The position numbers and the translations under genes are program-made. A DNA stretch of 64,000 nt from Candidatus Hydrogenedentota bacterium (lineage in GTDB: Bacteria; Hydrogenedentota; Hydrogenedentia; Hydrogenedentales; SLHB01). The number at the start of each line of letters is the position of its first letter. The stretch's first letter is position 1. Shown in pieces: positions 54,256 to 64,000 of this stretch. The stretch covers positions 32,001-96,000 of the forward strand of contig BTWA01000004.1 of the NCBI GenBank assembly GCA_045863295.1, in the 5' to 3' direction. Under the pieces are notes generated by a model, which was not told the DNA's origin, ran no database searches, and saw only the letters and a list, made by a program, of their open reading frames with translations.

Positions 54256-55572
54256 ATGAATACCACCAACCCCTTTTCAAGACGCACGTTTTTGGCGGCA
54301 TCGGCGGGTGCGATGGCGGCAAGCTCGATTACCTCAACCAGCGGCGCCCAGGAAACACCCAAGCTGGCCGTGGACGGCGGCGCGAAGGCAATCACCGGTG
54401 CCGTTCCGAAATCGCCACGCTTCGGCGATCCCGAGCGCGAACGTCTCTCCGAGATGCTGGGTCAGGATGCCTTGTTCTATTGGAAAGGACCGCAAACCAC
54501 CCTGATGATGGACCGGTTCAGAGAGTTTTGTCCTCTCGAACACGTAATGACTTGCGGATCGGGCACTGCCGCATTGCATATCGCCGTCGGCGCCGCCGGA
54601 ATCGTCCCCGGCGATGAAGTCATTACAGCTCCCATCACAGACATTGGCACAGTCATCGGCGTCATCTACCAAATGGCGGTTCCCGTATTCGCGGACCTCG
54701 TGCCCGATACGTACAACCTCGATCCCGCCGACGTGGAACGCCGCATCACCCCAAAAACAAAAGCCATCATTGCGGTTCATCTCGCAGGCAACCCTTGCGA
54801 CATGGAAGCCCTGCGTGCCATCGCCGACAAGCACAACCTCGTGCTCATTGAAGACTGTGCCCAAGCCTGGGCCGCGAAATACCGGGGCAAACCCATCGGC
54901 ACCCTCGGAGACATCGCCTGCTTCTCGCTCCAGAATTCGAAGCACATCACCTGCGGCGACGGTGGCGTGGCCGCCTCCAGCCATCCGGTCTATGGACCCA
55001 AGTTGCAGCAATACGGCGACAAGGGATTCAACTGCACCACGAGCAAGTTCGAATCGTTCTCCACGAATTATCGCATGAGCGAGCCCCAGGCCGCCGTCGT
55101 CGCCGGGCAACTCACGCGCCTCGAGGACATCGTGGCACGGCGTTCCCATGCGGGCAATCGGCTTACCGAGGGCATTAAGGATATCCCCGGCATCACCCCG
55201 CACGGCGTCCACCCCGAAGACCGGTGCTCCTACTGGTTCTACATGTTCCGGATGAACCCGGCAGCCTTCACATGCGACCGTGCCCAATTCGTAAAGGCCT
55301 TATCCGCCGAAGGACTCCCTTGCGCGGCCGGATACATCCCCACCACGATGCACAAAAGCCCGGTCTTCCTTGAGCACGGATTCTTCAACGGCCACTGGCC
55401 CGCCAAGGAACTCGGCCTGACAACCATGGATTTCAACACCCATGAGACCCCCGAAGCCGAGGCTATCCTCAAAACCGGCATCCGAGTCATGGTAACCGAA
55501 GCCATGAACGACGCTTACATCGACCAGTGCACGGACGCCATCCGCAAAGTGGCGACCCACTACAAGGCCTGA
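54256..55572 (+). CDS. DegT/DnrJ/EryC1/StrS PLP aminotransferase with Tat signal
   Basis: SRRTFL Tat motif; SGTAALH, GDEVI, IEDCAQA, SLQNSKHITCGDGG, NYRMSE. Confidence 0.9.
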   Translation: MNTTNPFSRRTFLAASAGAMAASSITSTSGAQETPKLAVDGGAKAITGAVPKSPRFGDPERERLSEMLGQDALFYWKGPQTTLMMDRFREFCPLEHVMTCGSGTAALHIAVGAAGIVPGDEVITAPITDIGTVIGVIYQMAVPVFADLVPDTYNLDPADVERRITPKTKAIIAVHLAGNPCDMEALRAIADKHNLVLIEDCAQAWAAKYRGKPIGTLGDIACFSLQNSKHITCGDGGVAASSHPVYGPKLQQYGDKGFNCTTSKFESFSTNYRMSEPQAAVVAGQLTRLEDIVARRSHAGNRLTEGIKDIPGITPHGVHPEDRCSYWFYMFRMNPAAFTCDRAQFVKALSAEGLPCAAGYIPTTMHKSPVFLEHGFFNGHWPAKELGLTTMDFNTHETPEAEAILKTGIRVMVTEAMNDAYIDQCTDAIRKVATHYKA

Positions 55573-55576
55573 TTAT

Positions 55577-55642
55577 TTCTCACGCAAAGCCGCGAAGACC
55601 CAAAGAAATCCCACTTGGCGTCTTAGCGGCTTTGCGTGAGAA
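55577..55642. repeat. REP-like palindrome
   Basis: perfect 17-bp IR TTCTCACGCAAAGCCGC / GCGGCTTTGCGTGAGAA. Confidence 0.7.
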
Positions 55643-55671
55643 CTCTTTTTGTAACCGGCACAATCAACAAA

Positions 55672-55814
55672 TTAATCATACGATTGACATTCGTACTACA
55701 TTGGCAATTCACGATGTTTTCGGATTATAAGTCATTTGATTAATTATTTGCAAACACTCCTCAACTCATCTTCGACCAATAAAATGCATCAATTGCTTTT
55801 AATCAATTGATTTA
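55672..55814. promoter_or_regulatory. three TTAATCA-N2-TGATTAA-like boxes, putative TetR operators
   Basis: TTAATCATACGATTGA (55672), TAAGTCATTTGATTAA (55728), TTAATCAATTGATTTA (55799). Confidence 0.6.
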
Positions 55815-55827
55815 TTATTCTATCCCC

Positions 55828-56457
55828 ATGGACAAGACACGCGCGAATCTCCTCAACGCCGCTGAAGCCCTCTTTGCCAACCAAGGCTTCGACGGCACCT
55901 CCACCCGCGAAATCGCCGAACGATCTGGAGCCAACCTGGCCCTGATCAAGTACTACTTCGGCTCGAAGGAAGGGCTTCTGGAAGCGCTGCTGGATGAGCG
56001 AAGCGCGGGACTGGCTGAGGAACTGGAAGCTGTGCCAGCGAGAATCCGGGCGGTGTATTCGCATGGTCCAGGACCACACCCCGTCATCAAGGTGTATGCA
56101 GACTGGATGTTCGCGCGTCGGGCGTTTGCAATGGTGGTGTATCGCGAGACATGCCTTCCGCTTCGCCCGGCACTCGCAGCCAAAGCCGCACATATCCGGG
56201 ATTTGCCCAAGTTCAGTCTCAGAGATCCGGGGCTATGGTCTGTGGTAATGGGTATGATGATGGCCGGACTCTTAGGTGGCGAGCCCATGACGAGCGACGA
56301 CATTGTGTACGCGATTATTCGCTGGGAAAAGGCTGGATACTGGGTGGAAGAAACCAGTGGACAACCGGAAACGCGTGCGATTAAAGCGGCTGTGACAGAA
56401 CATGACTCGGCCATGGTTCACCCGAGTGTGGACTTCGGCATAGGCGTGATCGACTGA
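55828..56457 (+). CDS. TetR/AcrR family transcriptional regulator
   Basis: LLNAAEALFANQGFDGTSTREIAERSGANLALIKYYFGSKEGL. Confidence 0.92.
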   Translation: MDKTRANLLNAAEALFANQGFDGTSTREIAERSGANLALIKYYFGSKEGLLEALLDERSAGLAEELEAVPARIRAVYSHGPGPHPVIKVYADWMFARRAFAMVVYRETCLPLRPALAAKAAHIRDLPKFSLRDPGLWSVVMGMMMAGLLGGEPMTSDDIVYAIIRWEKAGYWVEETSGQPETRAIKAAVTEHDSAMVHPSVDFGIGVID

Positions 56458-56471
56458 ATAGGAGATTCACG

Positions 56472-56810
56472 ATGTTGCGTGAACTCGCTATCAACAACGA
56501 GAAGCATTACTCGATCGATGCGTCGCGGCACGAAGGCGTCACAGGGCTCGCGCATGCAATGGGCTCCGCCGAATCATGCGAAGGCGAAACTCCAACCATG
56601 TCTGTACAAGCAACCGCCATGCGGGGACTGCGTCTCGGCTTGTGGTCGTCGTGGTTTGGAAGGGCAAAGGCTACCCGCAGCTACTGGCCCGAACTTCCGT
56701 TGAAGCCCGGCGATGTATTGACATTGCGCGTGCTGACGGAAGGTGTCGGCGATCGGCCTGACCGCGAAACGGATAGCCGGGAACGTGTATGTTTGGCTGA
56801 TGTGGAGTGA
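56472..56810 (+). CDS. hypothetical protein
   Basis: AGGAG RBS; W....LKPGDVLTLRV..G..D.P; no family recognised. Confidence 0.55.
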   Translation: MLRELAINNEKHYSIDASRHEGVTGLAHAMGSAESCEGETPTMSVQATAMRGLRLGLWSSWFGRAKATRSYWPELPLKPGDVLTLRVLTEGVGDRPDRETDSRERVCLADVE

Positions 56811-56995
56811 GTTCCTTGGATTGCGGCGGCCGCGACACCGCTTTAGTAAGGCGCGCCGAATAGCCCACCTCAATACCGAATGCATTCCGTTGTACACCAC
56901 TCACGCAAATCCGAGGCAAGAACTCTAGACATCACCTTGCACGCTAAACATACTGAAGCGGCGTCGCGGCCGCCGCAATCCAAGGAACTCACTCC
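56804..56995. mobile_element. MITE/REP-pair-like element with 45-bp terminal inverted repeats
   Basis: arms 56804-56848 and 56951-56995 match at 43/45 positions. Confidence 0.6.
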
Positions 56996-58827
56996 CTCAC
57001 CGGTAACAACAGCGCGCTCGGACGCGCGGCATCCATGTGAATGGTGTTGTTCGCCACGCGCATTTCCACGCCCTCGCCGGAAAAGTCCGCGCCGGTGTTT
57101 ACGTTCTTGTCAAACCGGGGATAGTTGCTGCTGCTGATGTGCACCATCAATTTGTGCCCCGTGTTCACGATCAGGCTGATGGACCACAGATCGATTTCCA
57201 CCACGCCAATTTCGCCGGCGGGCAGCGGTTCCGGCGTCTTGAAACCGTTCCGAAACTTCAATCGTTGAATGTTGTCGAGCATCAGGATTTCCCGGCCATC
57301 GGGATAGACATCGATGAACTTCGCCGTGAAATCCGTGTCCGGCGCATCAGTGGACACGTGCAGCCGCACTTTTACTTTGCCGGTAATCTCCATGGGCTTG
57401 TCCAACGGCGCGCTTTCGAACACGAGCACGTCCGCGCGATCGCCAAGCGGACGCTGATCGAACGGCCCGGCGGGCAACAACAGATTCTGGCCGCCTTTGG
57501 TGGGCACGGGATCGTTGGGATCGTACGCATACGTCATCGAAGCGGGGCCGGGGCCCGGCGGGTCAAGCGTTAGGGCACGATCGGCGCGCAGATACCATGC
57601 CTTTTCCACCGTCGGAAACGGCGGCCAGTCCGTCGCGGTGCGCCATTCGTTGCCGGGCGCATCGGGCGCTTCTACGTCGCCGAGGGTGTAATACCGGATC
57701 GCCGGTTCGGCCATGATGCCGTTGCCGGTCCCCAGCAGCCAATGCTCAAGAAAGTGGATGCTTTCCTTGCCAAAGTCGTAGTTGAAATTCTCTTTGAGCT
57801 TGAGGTCGCCCGGGTCTTTCACCGGCCCGTGTAGCCAGGGTCCCATGATTAGTTTTTGGTTGCCGCGCGCGCCTTCGCCGCCTTTGTGTTGCCGCAGCAA
57901 AAACGAATCCAGAATGCCTTGCGCGAAAATATCCCACCAGCCGCCGACATGCAAGGCCGGTGCGGTCACGCGATCCACGCGAGCGTCCAAATCCTTGAGC
58001 GCCCAGAAGTCATCGTCGGTCGGATGGCTCTTATACAGTTCGATCATGTGTTCGCTGCCCTGCGCCTTGACCCATTCCTCGAACAAGTGCTTGCGAAATA
58101 CGCCGCCCTGGTACGACAACTGGCCGTAAAACTTGCCCGGCGCAACCCAGATCACCTGCGCGGCGATGGTGTTGTCCGCGCCCGCCAGCAAGTGTTGCGA
58201 AATACCCAGCGCGGACGCGCCAAACGTGCCAATCTTTCCGTTGCACCAAGGCTGTTCACGAATCCATTTCACCGTGTCCACGCCGTCCTGGTTCGTGCCC
58301 CAGCCTTCGTCTTCGAAGGCATTGTCTTCGCCTTCGCTGAGGTGGTAGCCGCGCAATTCCTGCACGACATGGGCCATGCCCTTTTTCGTGAACAACGGCG
58401 CAAACCCGCCCGCCGCATTCTTGTCGTAGATGGATCGGGACAAAACAACGGGAAACGGCCCCGGACCTTCGGGCAAGTAAATATCCGTCGACAAATGCAC
58501 GCCGTCCCGCATGGGCACCATAACCCGCGTCGCGCCAACAGGCACCGGTTTCTCTTCCGGCACGGGCTCGGGCGCAGGCGGCTCTGCGGGCGCTGGCTCG
58601 GGTGCCGGGGCATCCGGCGCAGGTGCGGATTCCGGTGCAGGAGCCGGCGCAGTTTCCGGTGCGGGCGCAGGAGCGGTTTCGGGTGCAGGCGCCGCTTCCG
58701 GCGCGGGCGCCGCCTCGGGGGCCGCCGCGGGCGCATCCTGAGCCATCACCCACGAACCAGTCAGACAACAAGCGGCCGCGACACTCACAATCGTCAGCCG
58801 CCACACAAGAGATCCCCGAAGGGTCAT
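56989..58827 (-). CDS. CocE/NonD family hydrolase, secreted, with Pro/Ala-rich linker
   Basis: MVPMRDGVHLSTDIYLP, WCNGKIGTFGASALG, GGWWDIF, MGPWLH, SSSNYPRF. Confidence 0.92.
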   Translation of the reverse strand: MTLRGSLVWRLTIVSVAAACCLTGSWVMAQDAPAAAPEAAPAPEAAPAPETAPAPAPETAPAPAPESAPAPDAPAPEPAPAEPPAPEPVPEEKPVPVGATRVMVPMRDGVHLSTDIYLPEGPGPFPVVLSRSIYDKNAAGGFAPLFTKKGMAHVVQELRGYHLSEGEDNAFEDEGWGTNQDGVDTVKWIREQPWCNGKIGTFGASALGISQHLLAGADNTIAAQVIWVAPGKFYGQLSYQGGVFRKHLFEEWVKAQGSEHMIELYKSHPTDDDFWALKDLDARVDRVTAPALHVGGWWDIFAQGILDSFLLRQHKGGEGARGNQKLIMGPWLHGPVKDPGDLKLKENFNYDFGKESIHFLEHWLLGTGNGIMAEPAIRYYTLGDVEAPDAPGNEWRTATDWPPFPTVEKAWYLRADRALTLDPPGPGPASMTYAYDPNDPVPTKGGQNLLLPAGPFDQRPLGDRADVLVFESAPLDKPMEITGKVKVRLHVSTDAPDTDFTAKFIDVYPDGREILMLDNIQRLKFRNGFKTPEPLPAGEIGVVEIDLWSISLIVNTGHKLMVHISSSNYPRFDKNVNTGADFSGEGVEMRVANNTIHMDAARPSALLLPVRE

Positions 58828-58833
58828 AACGGT

Positions 58834-59256
58834 TTATTCCTTTGTCCAGTAATCAATAACGGTCACTTTTTCCAACACTGGTCCAAGCATGCCCGCGAAC
58901 GCTTTGTGATCGGGATGCACGAGGTATGCATCGCGGCCGGCAGCATCTTTAAAGGTGATAAAGAAGCAATGCGAATGGCCTTGATCGAGCTTCTCAGGAC
59001 TCACGTTTGTGCCCCATTCAAAATCCTGGATCACGTCGATTTTGTCCTTGAGGCCTTCAAACGCCACCTCCACTTCCTTGATCTGTTCCGCCGTGGCGCC
59101 TGCCTTGAATCCGAAGAACACAACGTGTCGAAGCACTTTTCCAGACTCCTCCTTGGCGTCGCCCTGCGCCGCAACGCGGTTCAGGCCGGCCGTGGTCGCG
59201 GCCGCAACCGCCGCACAAACGACGACGAGCAAGACAGACCGATAAGTACGCAGCAT
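58834..59256 (-). CDS. Dabb (stress-responsive A/B barrel) family protein with signal peptide
   Basis: LRHVVFF.FK, FEWGTNVSPE, YLVHPDH, VIDY. Confidence 0.88.
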   Translation of the reverse strand: MLRTYRSVLLVVVCAAVAAATTAGLNRVAAQGDAKEESGKVLRHVVFFGFKAGATAEQIKEVEVAFEGLKDKIDVIQDFEWGTNVSPEKLDQGHSHCFFITFKDAAGRDAYLVHPDHKAFAGMLGPVLEKVTVIDYWTKE

Positions 59257-59446
59257 GGTGAATTCTCCCCAAGGTTGAACAGCGATAGCGCACAATACTA
59301 AAAAAAATGCGAGGGGCTTGTACAGAAGCCATGGTAAAAGCGGCTCCTTGCCGCTTACTCCGACGCGTGAAGAGTCAAAATCGCCAAGTTCCCCGTTGCA
59401 AAATCGAAGAGCTTCGCCGCAGGCCGCAAGCACCGCACAGGCATGG

Positions 59447-60991
59447 CTACTCCTGCGGCGGTACGAAGCCGGTAACCGAATTCACTTCCACTTCGACCCA
59501 GACCACTTGTGCGCCACTGCCAACGGTCTGCTGTAGGCGAAACGCATTATATCCCTCGTGCACCGCCTCTGAGGGGCACTCAAACGTCCGCACCTGCGTC
59601 GCCCCCGGATAGTGCTCCGGACCGCGCTCCGACACCAAGGGTACGCAAGTCGCGCCGTTCAGGGTGGCCGTGAATACCGCGTCTTCCGGTACTTGGGTCA
59701 GCCCCACCAGAAACACCATGCCCGTATCCGGCTTTGGGCCGGTATACAGCCGAAATGCCGCACCCACCGTTGCATCGGCCGGCAGGACAACACCGTTGTC
59801 GAAGCCCGGTGGCACGGTATCATGAAACGCTTGGACGTGCCGCCTCGGCATCGTGGCAACGTAGTCACGGGCGAGCCCCTTTTCCAATAAGACCCGGTAA
59901 TCGCTCTGGCTGACCGGAATCGTCCCCGAATCCATGAAGTTGAACAGATAAATCTGGTCAGCACCGCGATGCCATGCCGCCGCCGCGAATCCGCGCGTGG
60001 ACGCCAGATCATTGGCCACCGCCTCGCCTCCGGGATACGCGCGGATATTGAACTCAAGCCCCGGAGCGATAGTCACTTTGCCTGCCGTATCACCCAGCCA
60101 ATCGCGCCAGAGTTCCACCGGAATGTCAAAATCGGATGTCGTCCAGAACGGGGTGGGCACCAGCATGTCCACCAATCCTTCTTTCGCCCAGCGCACCCCA
60201 TCCATGCCCAGGCCCTTGGCTGCGTCCGGGTGAAACGGAACGCGCGCGCCGATCTTGATGGGGTGCCCGCGCTTGGCCGACCATTCCGTTGCCAGATCGC
60301 GCGTCTCGGACATGAACTGCGTGAGCAATTCCGCCCCCTGGGCCTCTTCCCCGTCTTTGAAATGCCAGCCAAACCGCATCCAATCCAGCTCAAAACCGTC
60401 GGGATCGTACCGCTCGAACAGCTCTCGCAGAAAAGCCATCGCATGTTCGCGCACTTCCGCGTGTCCAAAATCCAGCGCCCGCGAGGTCCAGCCGCCTTGC
60501 GTCTCGTTGGGCACGCGCCAAAATTCGGGATGGTTCAGCCAAAACGAGCTATGGAGATAACTGGTGTTATCGGGCACGTCGTGAATATCGTTCATCCGCA
60601 TCGATATCCACGGCGAAATGCCCTTCTCCCGGCAACGCGCAATCCAGACGGCATAGGGATCCAGTCCGCGTTCGTGCAAGAGCCGAGCGTTGTCGATCCA
60701 TGTCTTGCCCACGCCCTCGGGCATCTTCTGGTTTCCCAACTCCCAGATTGCCTCGCGCGTCGTGCTCTTGAAACTCGCCTTCATGGCATTGGGATTCAGA
60801 AACAGGTGAGTCACCGTTGTGCCCGCGTATTGATCGACAAATTGGTTCAGACCCTCGACGGTCATGTCCTTGGCGGTCCGGGTCATGTAAAAATGGCTGC
60901 TGTCTTCGTTGAGGATGAGTCCGCGCTCGGCAGCCGCCGACGTTATCGAAAAAAGGAATGCTCCAAAAGTAAAACAAAATCTCAATCGCAT
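59447..60991 (-). CDS. secreted glycoside hydrolase-like TIM-barrel protein (DUF187/GHL10-like)
   Basis: signal peptide; ISMRMND.H, LDFGHAEVR, YDPDGFELDWMR, GADQIYLFNF. Confidence 0.7.
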   Translation of the reverse strand: MRLRFCFTFGAFLFSITSAAAERGLILNEDSSHFYMTRTAKDMTVEGLNQFVDQYAGTTVTHLFLNPNAMKASFKSTTREAIWELGNQKMPEGVGKTWIDNARLLHERGLDPYAVWIARCREKGISPWISMRMNDIHDVPDNTSYLHSSFWLNHPEFWRVPNETQGGWTSRALDFGHAEVREHAMAFLRELFERYDPDGFELDWMRFGWHFKDGEEAQGAELLTQFMSETRDLATEWSAKRGHPIKIGARVPFHPDAAKGLGMDGVRWAKEGLVDMLVPTPFWTTSDFDIPVELWRDWLGDTAGKVTIAPGLEFNIRAYPGGEAVANDLASTRGFAAAAWHRGADQIYLFNFMDSGTIPVSQSDYRVLLEKGLARDYVATMPRRHVQAFHDTVPPGFDNGVVLPADATVGAAFRLYTGPKPDTGMVFLVGLTQVPEDAVFTATLNGATCVPLVSERGPEHYPGATQVRTFECPSEAVHEGYNAFRLQQTVGSGAQVVWVEVEVNSVTGFVPPQE

Positions 60992-61181
60992 ATCGGGCTC
61001 CTATGCACGTTGGCTTCAAGTATACGTTGTCCCTGTTCAATTACACCTATGGAAACGAGCCCTACCTCCCCGCCTCACGCTTTTCATTGATTTTTCGACA
61101 CTTTAACAGGTATCGTCTGGGTCTTTTCTGTTGGCAAACCATGTTCCGGTCTTGGGGAGCGGAACAAGGAAGGGTTTTCGG

Positions 61182-62324
61182 ATGAAATTACACGAGTATC
61201 AGGGCAAGGAACTGTTCCAGCTCTATGGCATCCCGGCACCGTCGGGTGTGGTGGTGACGAAGGCGGAGGACGCGGTTTCGGCGGCGAAAACGCTTGGGCT
61301 GCCGGTGGTTCTGAAGGCGCAGGTCCACGTGGGCGGGCGCGGCAAGGCCGGCGGAGTGAAAGTGGTGTCTGACGCGGACACCGTGAAAGCGACCGCGGAA
61401 AAGATTCTGGCGCTGTCAATCAAGGACCTCCCGGTCAGAAAGCTCTTGGTGACCCCGGCGTCGGACATCAAGACGGAAGTGTATTTAAGCATTCTCATCG
61501 ATCGCGGTGCCCGCAAGGCGGTATTCATCGGGTGTGCCGAAGGTGGGGTGGAAATCGAAGTTACGGCCAAGGTGTCCCCGGAAAAGATTTTGCGACTGGA
61601 AGTGCCGGCGGTGGACTTGAAAGCCCTGCCGAAGGCGCTGGCGGAACCGTTCGCATCAAAGCTGTTCACGGACAATAAGCACGTGGCTCAAACCGTGGAC
61701 ATCATGGCGAAGATGGCGAAGCTGTTTGTGGAAAAAGATTGCGCGCTGGTCGAGGTGAATCCCCTGATTGTCGACGGCAATGACAATGTGGTCGCGCTGG
61801 ATGCCAAAGTGCTGTTGGACGACAACGCGTTGTTCCGTCACCCGGAAATGAATGAACTGCGCGATATGGACAGCGAAGATGCCGACGAACTGGGCGCGAA
61901 GGAACAGGGTCTCAGCTTTATCCGTCTCAGCGGCCAGATCGGATGCATGGTGAACGGCGCGGGCCTTGCCATGGCCACGATGGATACGATCAAGCATTTT
62001 GGCGGCGAACCCGCGAACTTTCTGGATGTGGGCGGCAGTTCAAATCCGAAAAAGGTTGTCGCCGCGTTCAAGCTCATCCTCAAAGACCCGGACGTGAATG
62101 TCATTCTCATCAACATCTTCGGCGGCATCACCCGCTGCGACGACATCGCAAAAGGCATCCTGCAATCGCTGGATGAGATGGATGTGAATGTCCCCATTAT
62201 CGTGCGGCTCGTCGGCACCAACGAAGTCGAAGGACGCAAGCTGCTGGAAGGCACGAAACTGACCCCCGTGCAGACGCTGGAAGAAGGCGCCACGAAGGCC
62301 GCGCAATTGGGAGGCAAATCGTGA
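61182..62324 (+). CDS. sucC: succinyl-CoA synthetase beta subunit
   Basis: [47 protein letters not shown]. Confidence 0.97.
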   Translation: MKLHEYQGKELFQLYGIPAPSGVVVTKAEDAVSAAKTLGLPVVLKAQVHVGGRGKAGGVKVVSDADTVKATAEKILALSIKDLPVRKLLVTPASDIKTEVYLSILIDRGARKAVFIGCAEGGVEIEVTAKVSPEKILRLEVPAVDLKALPKALAEPFASKLFTDNKHVAQTVDIMAKMAKLFVEKDCALVEVNPLIVDGNDNVVALDAKVLLDDNALFRHPEMNELRDMDSEDADELGAKEQGLSFIRLSGQIGCMVNGAGLAMATMDTIKHFGGEPANFLDVGGSSNPKKVVAAFKLILKDPDVNVILINIFGGITRCDDIAKGILQSLDEMDVNVPIIVRLVGTNEVEGRKLLEGTKLTPVQTLEEGATKAAQLGGKS

Positions 62325-63193
62325 GTATTTTGGTCAATGCCAATTCGAAAGTCATCGTGCAGGGCATTACGGGCCGGGACGGTTCGTTTCACACCGAGCA
62401 GATGATTCAATACGGGACGAACATTGTGGGCGGTGTGACGCCGGGCAAAGGCGGACAGACTATTTTCGACAAGCCTATCTTCAACAGCGTGGCGGAGGCC
62501 GTTGACGCCACCGGCGCGGATGTGTCTGTCATGTATGTGCCCGCGCAGTTCGCCAAAGGAGCGATGCTGCAAGCCGCGGAATCAAACATTAAACTGCTCG
62601 TCGCCATCACCGAAGGCGTTCCCACGCTGGACGTGCTGGAAGCGTACGAGGCCCTCACGGCCAAAGGCATCCGGCTCATCGGGCCAAATTGCCCCGGCGT
62701 GATATCCCCGGGCCAGTGCAAAGTGGGAATCATGCCTGGTCAAATACACAAGCGCGGCAAGGTGGGCGTTATCTCACGCAGCGGTACGCTGACATATGAA
62801 ATCGTAAAGCAGATTACCGACGCGGGATGGGGCGAATCCACCTGTATCGGAATAGGCGGCGATCCCATCATCGGAAGCAAGTTCGTCGATCTCCTCCCCC
62901 TGCTGGAAGCCGATCCCGAAACCGAAGCCGTCGTGCTCGTTGGCGAAATCGGCGGTCAGGATGAAGTCATCGCCGCGGACTACTACAAGAATCACATGAA
63001 GAAACCCGTCGTCGGCTTCATGGCCGGGCTAACCGCGCCACCTGGCCGCCGCATGGGACACGCGGGCGCAATCGTCGGCGGCGAAGACGACACCGCCTCC
63101 GCCAAAATCGAAAAACTCGAGGCTGCCGGTATCCCCGTCGCGCGTCTCATCAGCGACGTCGTCCGCCTCCTCAGCGACGCCGGCGTGAAATAA
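62321..63193 (+). CDS. sucD: succinyl-CoA synthetase alpha subunit
   Basis: [31 protein letters not shown]. Confidence 0.97.
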   Translation: MSILVNANSKVIVQGITGRDGSFHTEQMIQYGTNIVGGVTPGKGGQTIFDKPIFNSVAEAVDATGADVSVMYVPAQFAKGAMLQAAESNIKLLVAITEGVPTLDVLEAYEALTAKGIRLIGPNCPGVISPGQCKVGIMPGQIHKRGKVGVISRSGTLTYEIVKQITDAGWGESTCIGIGGDPIIGSKFVDLLPLLEADPETEAVVLVGEIGGQDEVIAADYYKNHMKKPVVGFMAGLTAPPGRRMGHAGAIVGGEDDTASAKIEKLEAAGIPVARLISDVVRLLSDAGVK

Positions 63194-63215
63194 CCGATCA
63201 CATAACGATTGCAGA

Positions 63216-63254
63216 ATGCCTCAGGCCGCGACTCCGGCCTGAGGCATCTTTTTT
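63216..63254 (+). terminator. sucCD terminator
   Basis: ATGCCTCAGGCCG / CGGCCTGAGGCAT followed by CT6. Confidence 0.8.
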
Positions 63255-63461
63255 GAGTCTGAAGAGTAAACATGGGAAGCCGATCGTCCGAAGCTCGTTT
63301 CTCGATCGGCTTCCCAAATCCCACAACTCGAGACAGGTGTTCACGGAAAATCTTGCCAGCAGCCATCGGGGCCGGCGTCGATAAAACCCCGATGGCTGCC
63401 GCTAAACGGGGGGACCTCTCCCTGTGCACCCGGAGGTTTGGTCAGCGCGGGCGCGATGCCG

Positions 63462-63983
63462 TCAGTAGGTCGCGCCGTATTCGTACAAGAGGTCAGCGAC
63501 TTCTTCGTAACCCATCAGCTTTGCAATACCGTATCCCGTCAGCCCCCCGGCATGTTCGTCGCGTGCGTTCACATCAGCGCCGTAACGCAGCAACATTTCG
63601 GCCACGTCCGCGCGGCCGTTCAGACAAACCCAGTGAAGGGTCGTCATACCGTACTTGTTGCGTTCGTTCACCTCAGCGCCGTTTTCCAGAAGCGCTTCGA
63701 CGGCCACTTTGTGGCCACGGCGGACGGCTTTGTGCAACGCGGTTTCGCCGAATTCATCGGACTCGCCGGGATTCGCGCCGCCCGCAAGCAGTTTGCGCAC
63801 GGCCTGTTCCAGGCCCCAGTATGCAGCGCGTTGAAGTAGGGTTTCGCCGGCGGCCACATCAGGAGAATCTTCGCGTTCCTGCCGGAGCATGAATTCCGCC
63901 AGGGCGTAGTGTCCGCTCTTCAATGCGCGGCTCATGGGCGTTTCCCCATCGTCGTCCATGGTGTAATACCAGTGAACGGTCAT
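63462..63983 (-). CDS. ankyrin repeat protein
   Basis: GETALHKAV, GMTTLHWVC, GADVNARD; GGAGG RBS. Confidence 0.85.
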   Translation of the reverse strand: MTVHWYYTMDDDGETPMSRALKSGHYALAEFMLRQEREDSPDVAAGETLLQRAAYWGLEQAVRKLLAGGANPGESDEFGETALHKAVRRGHKVAVEALLENGAEVNERNKYGMTTLHWVCLNGRADVAEMLLRYGADVNARDEHAGGLTGYGIAKLMGYEEVADLLYEYGATY

Positions 63984-64000
63984 GTTGCGTACCTCCGTGG

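Noticed and set aside
58560..58740. Tandem GC-rich repeats as CRISPR/VNTR
   Set aside because: They encode a degenerate PAPE-type linker in the CocE protein; no repeat-spacer structure.
57856..61090. 481-aa and 373-aa plus-strand ORFs
   Set aside because: They overlap well-supported minus-strand genes and show no domain signal.

Overview
A GC-rich bacterial chromosomal segment with about 57 CDS and two tRNAs (Glu-CTC, Gln-CTG). I saw no rRNA, CRISPR array, integrase or transposase. Two DUF1559 pilin-like genes with an 'EGIERF.IT.IN' motif and several Tat-exported enzymes suggest Ca. Hydrogenedentes or a PVC-like lineage (inference). Core content: a korD-A-B-C 2-oxoacid:ferredoxin oxidoreductase operon coupled to a degenerate HdrA-like gene, groES-groEL, two divergent acyl-CoA dehydrogenase paralogues, an ECF sigma/anti-sigma module, two PadR-membrane protein modules, a gabD-like dehydrogenase, a penicillin acylase, nagB, a system II cytochrome c biogenesis operon, ahcY and sucCD. 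Most interesting candidates: (1) an XRE-HTH regulator fused to a catalytically degenerate adenylate-cyclase domain directly upstream of ahcY, a possible new adenosine/SAH-sensing regulator; (2) a 33-37 kb accessory locus with a frameshifted secreted MepA/LAS-type metallopeptidase, two tandem paralogous secreted proteins and a PIN toxin-antitoxin pair; (3) a layered groESL promoter with CIRCE, a sigma54-type promoter, an IHF-like site and enhancer-like palindromes; (4) a 192-bp MITE/REP-like element whose arms supply the stop codons of both flanking genes. All calls come from reading motifs by eye; no searches were run.
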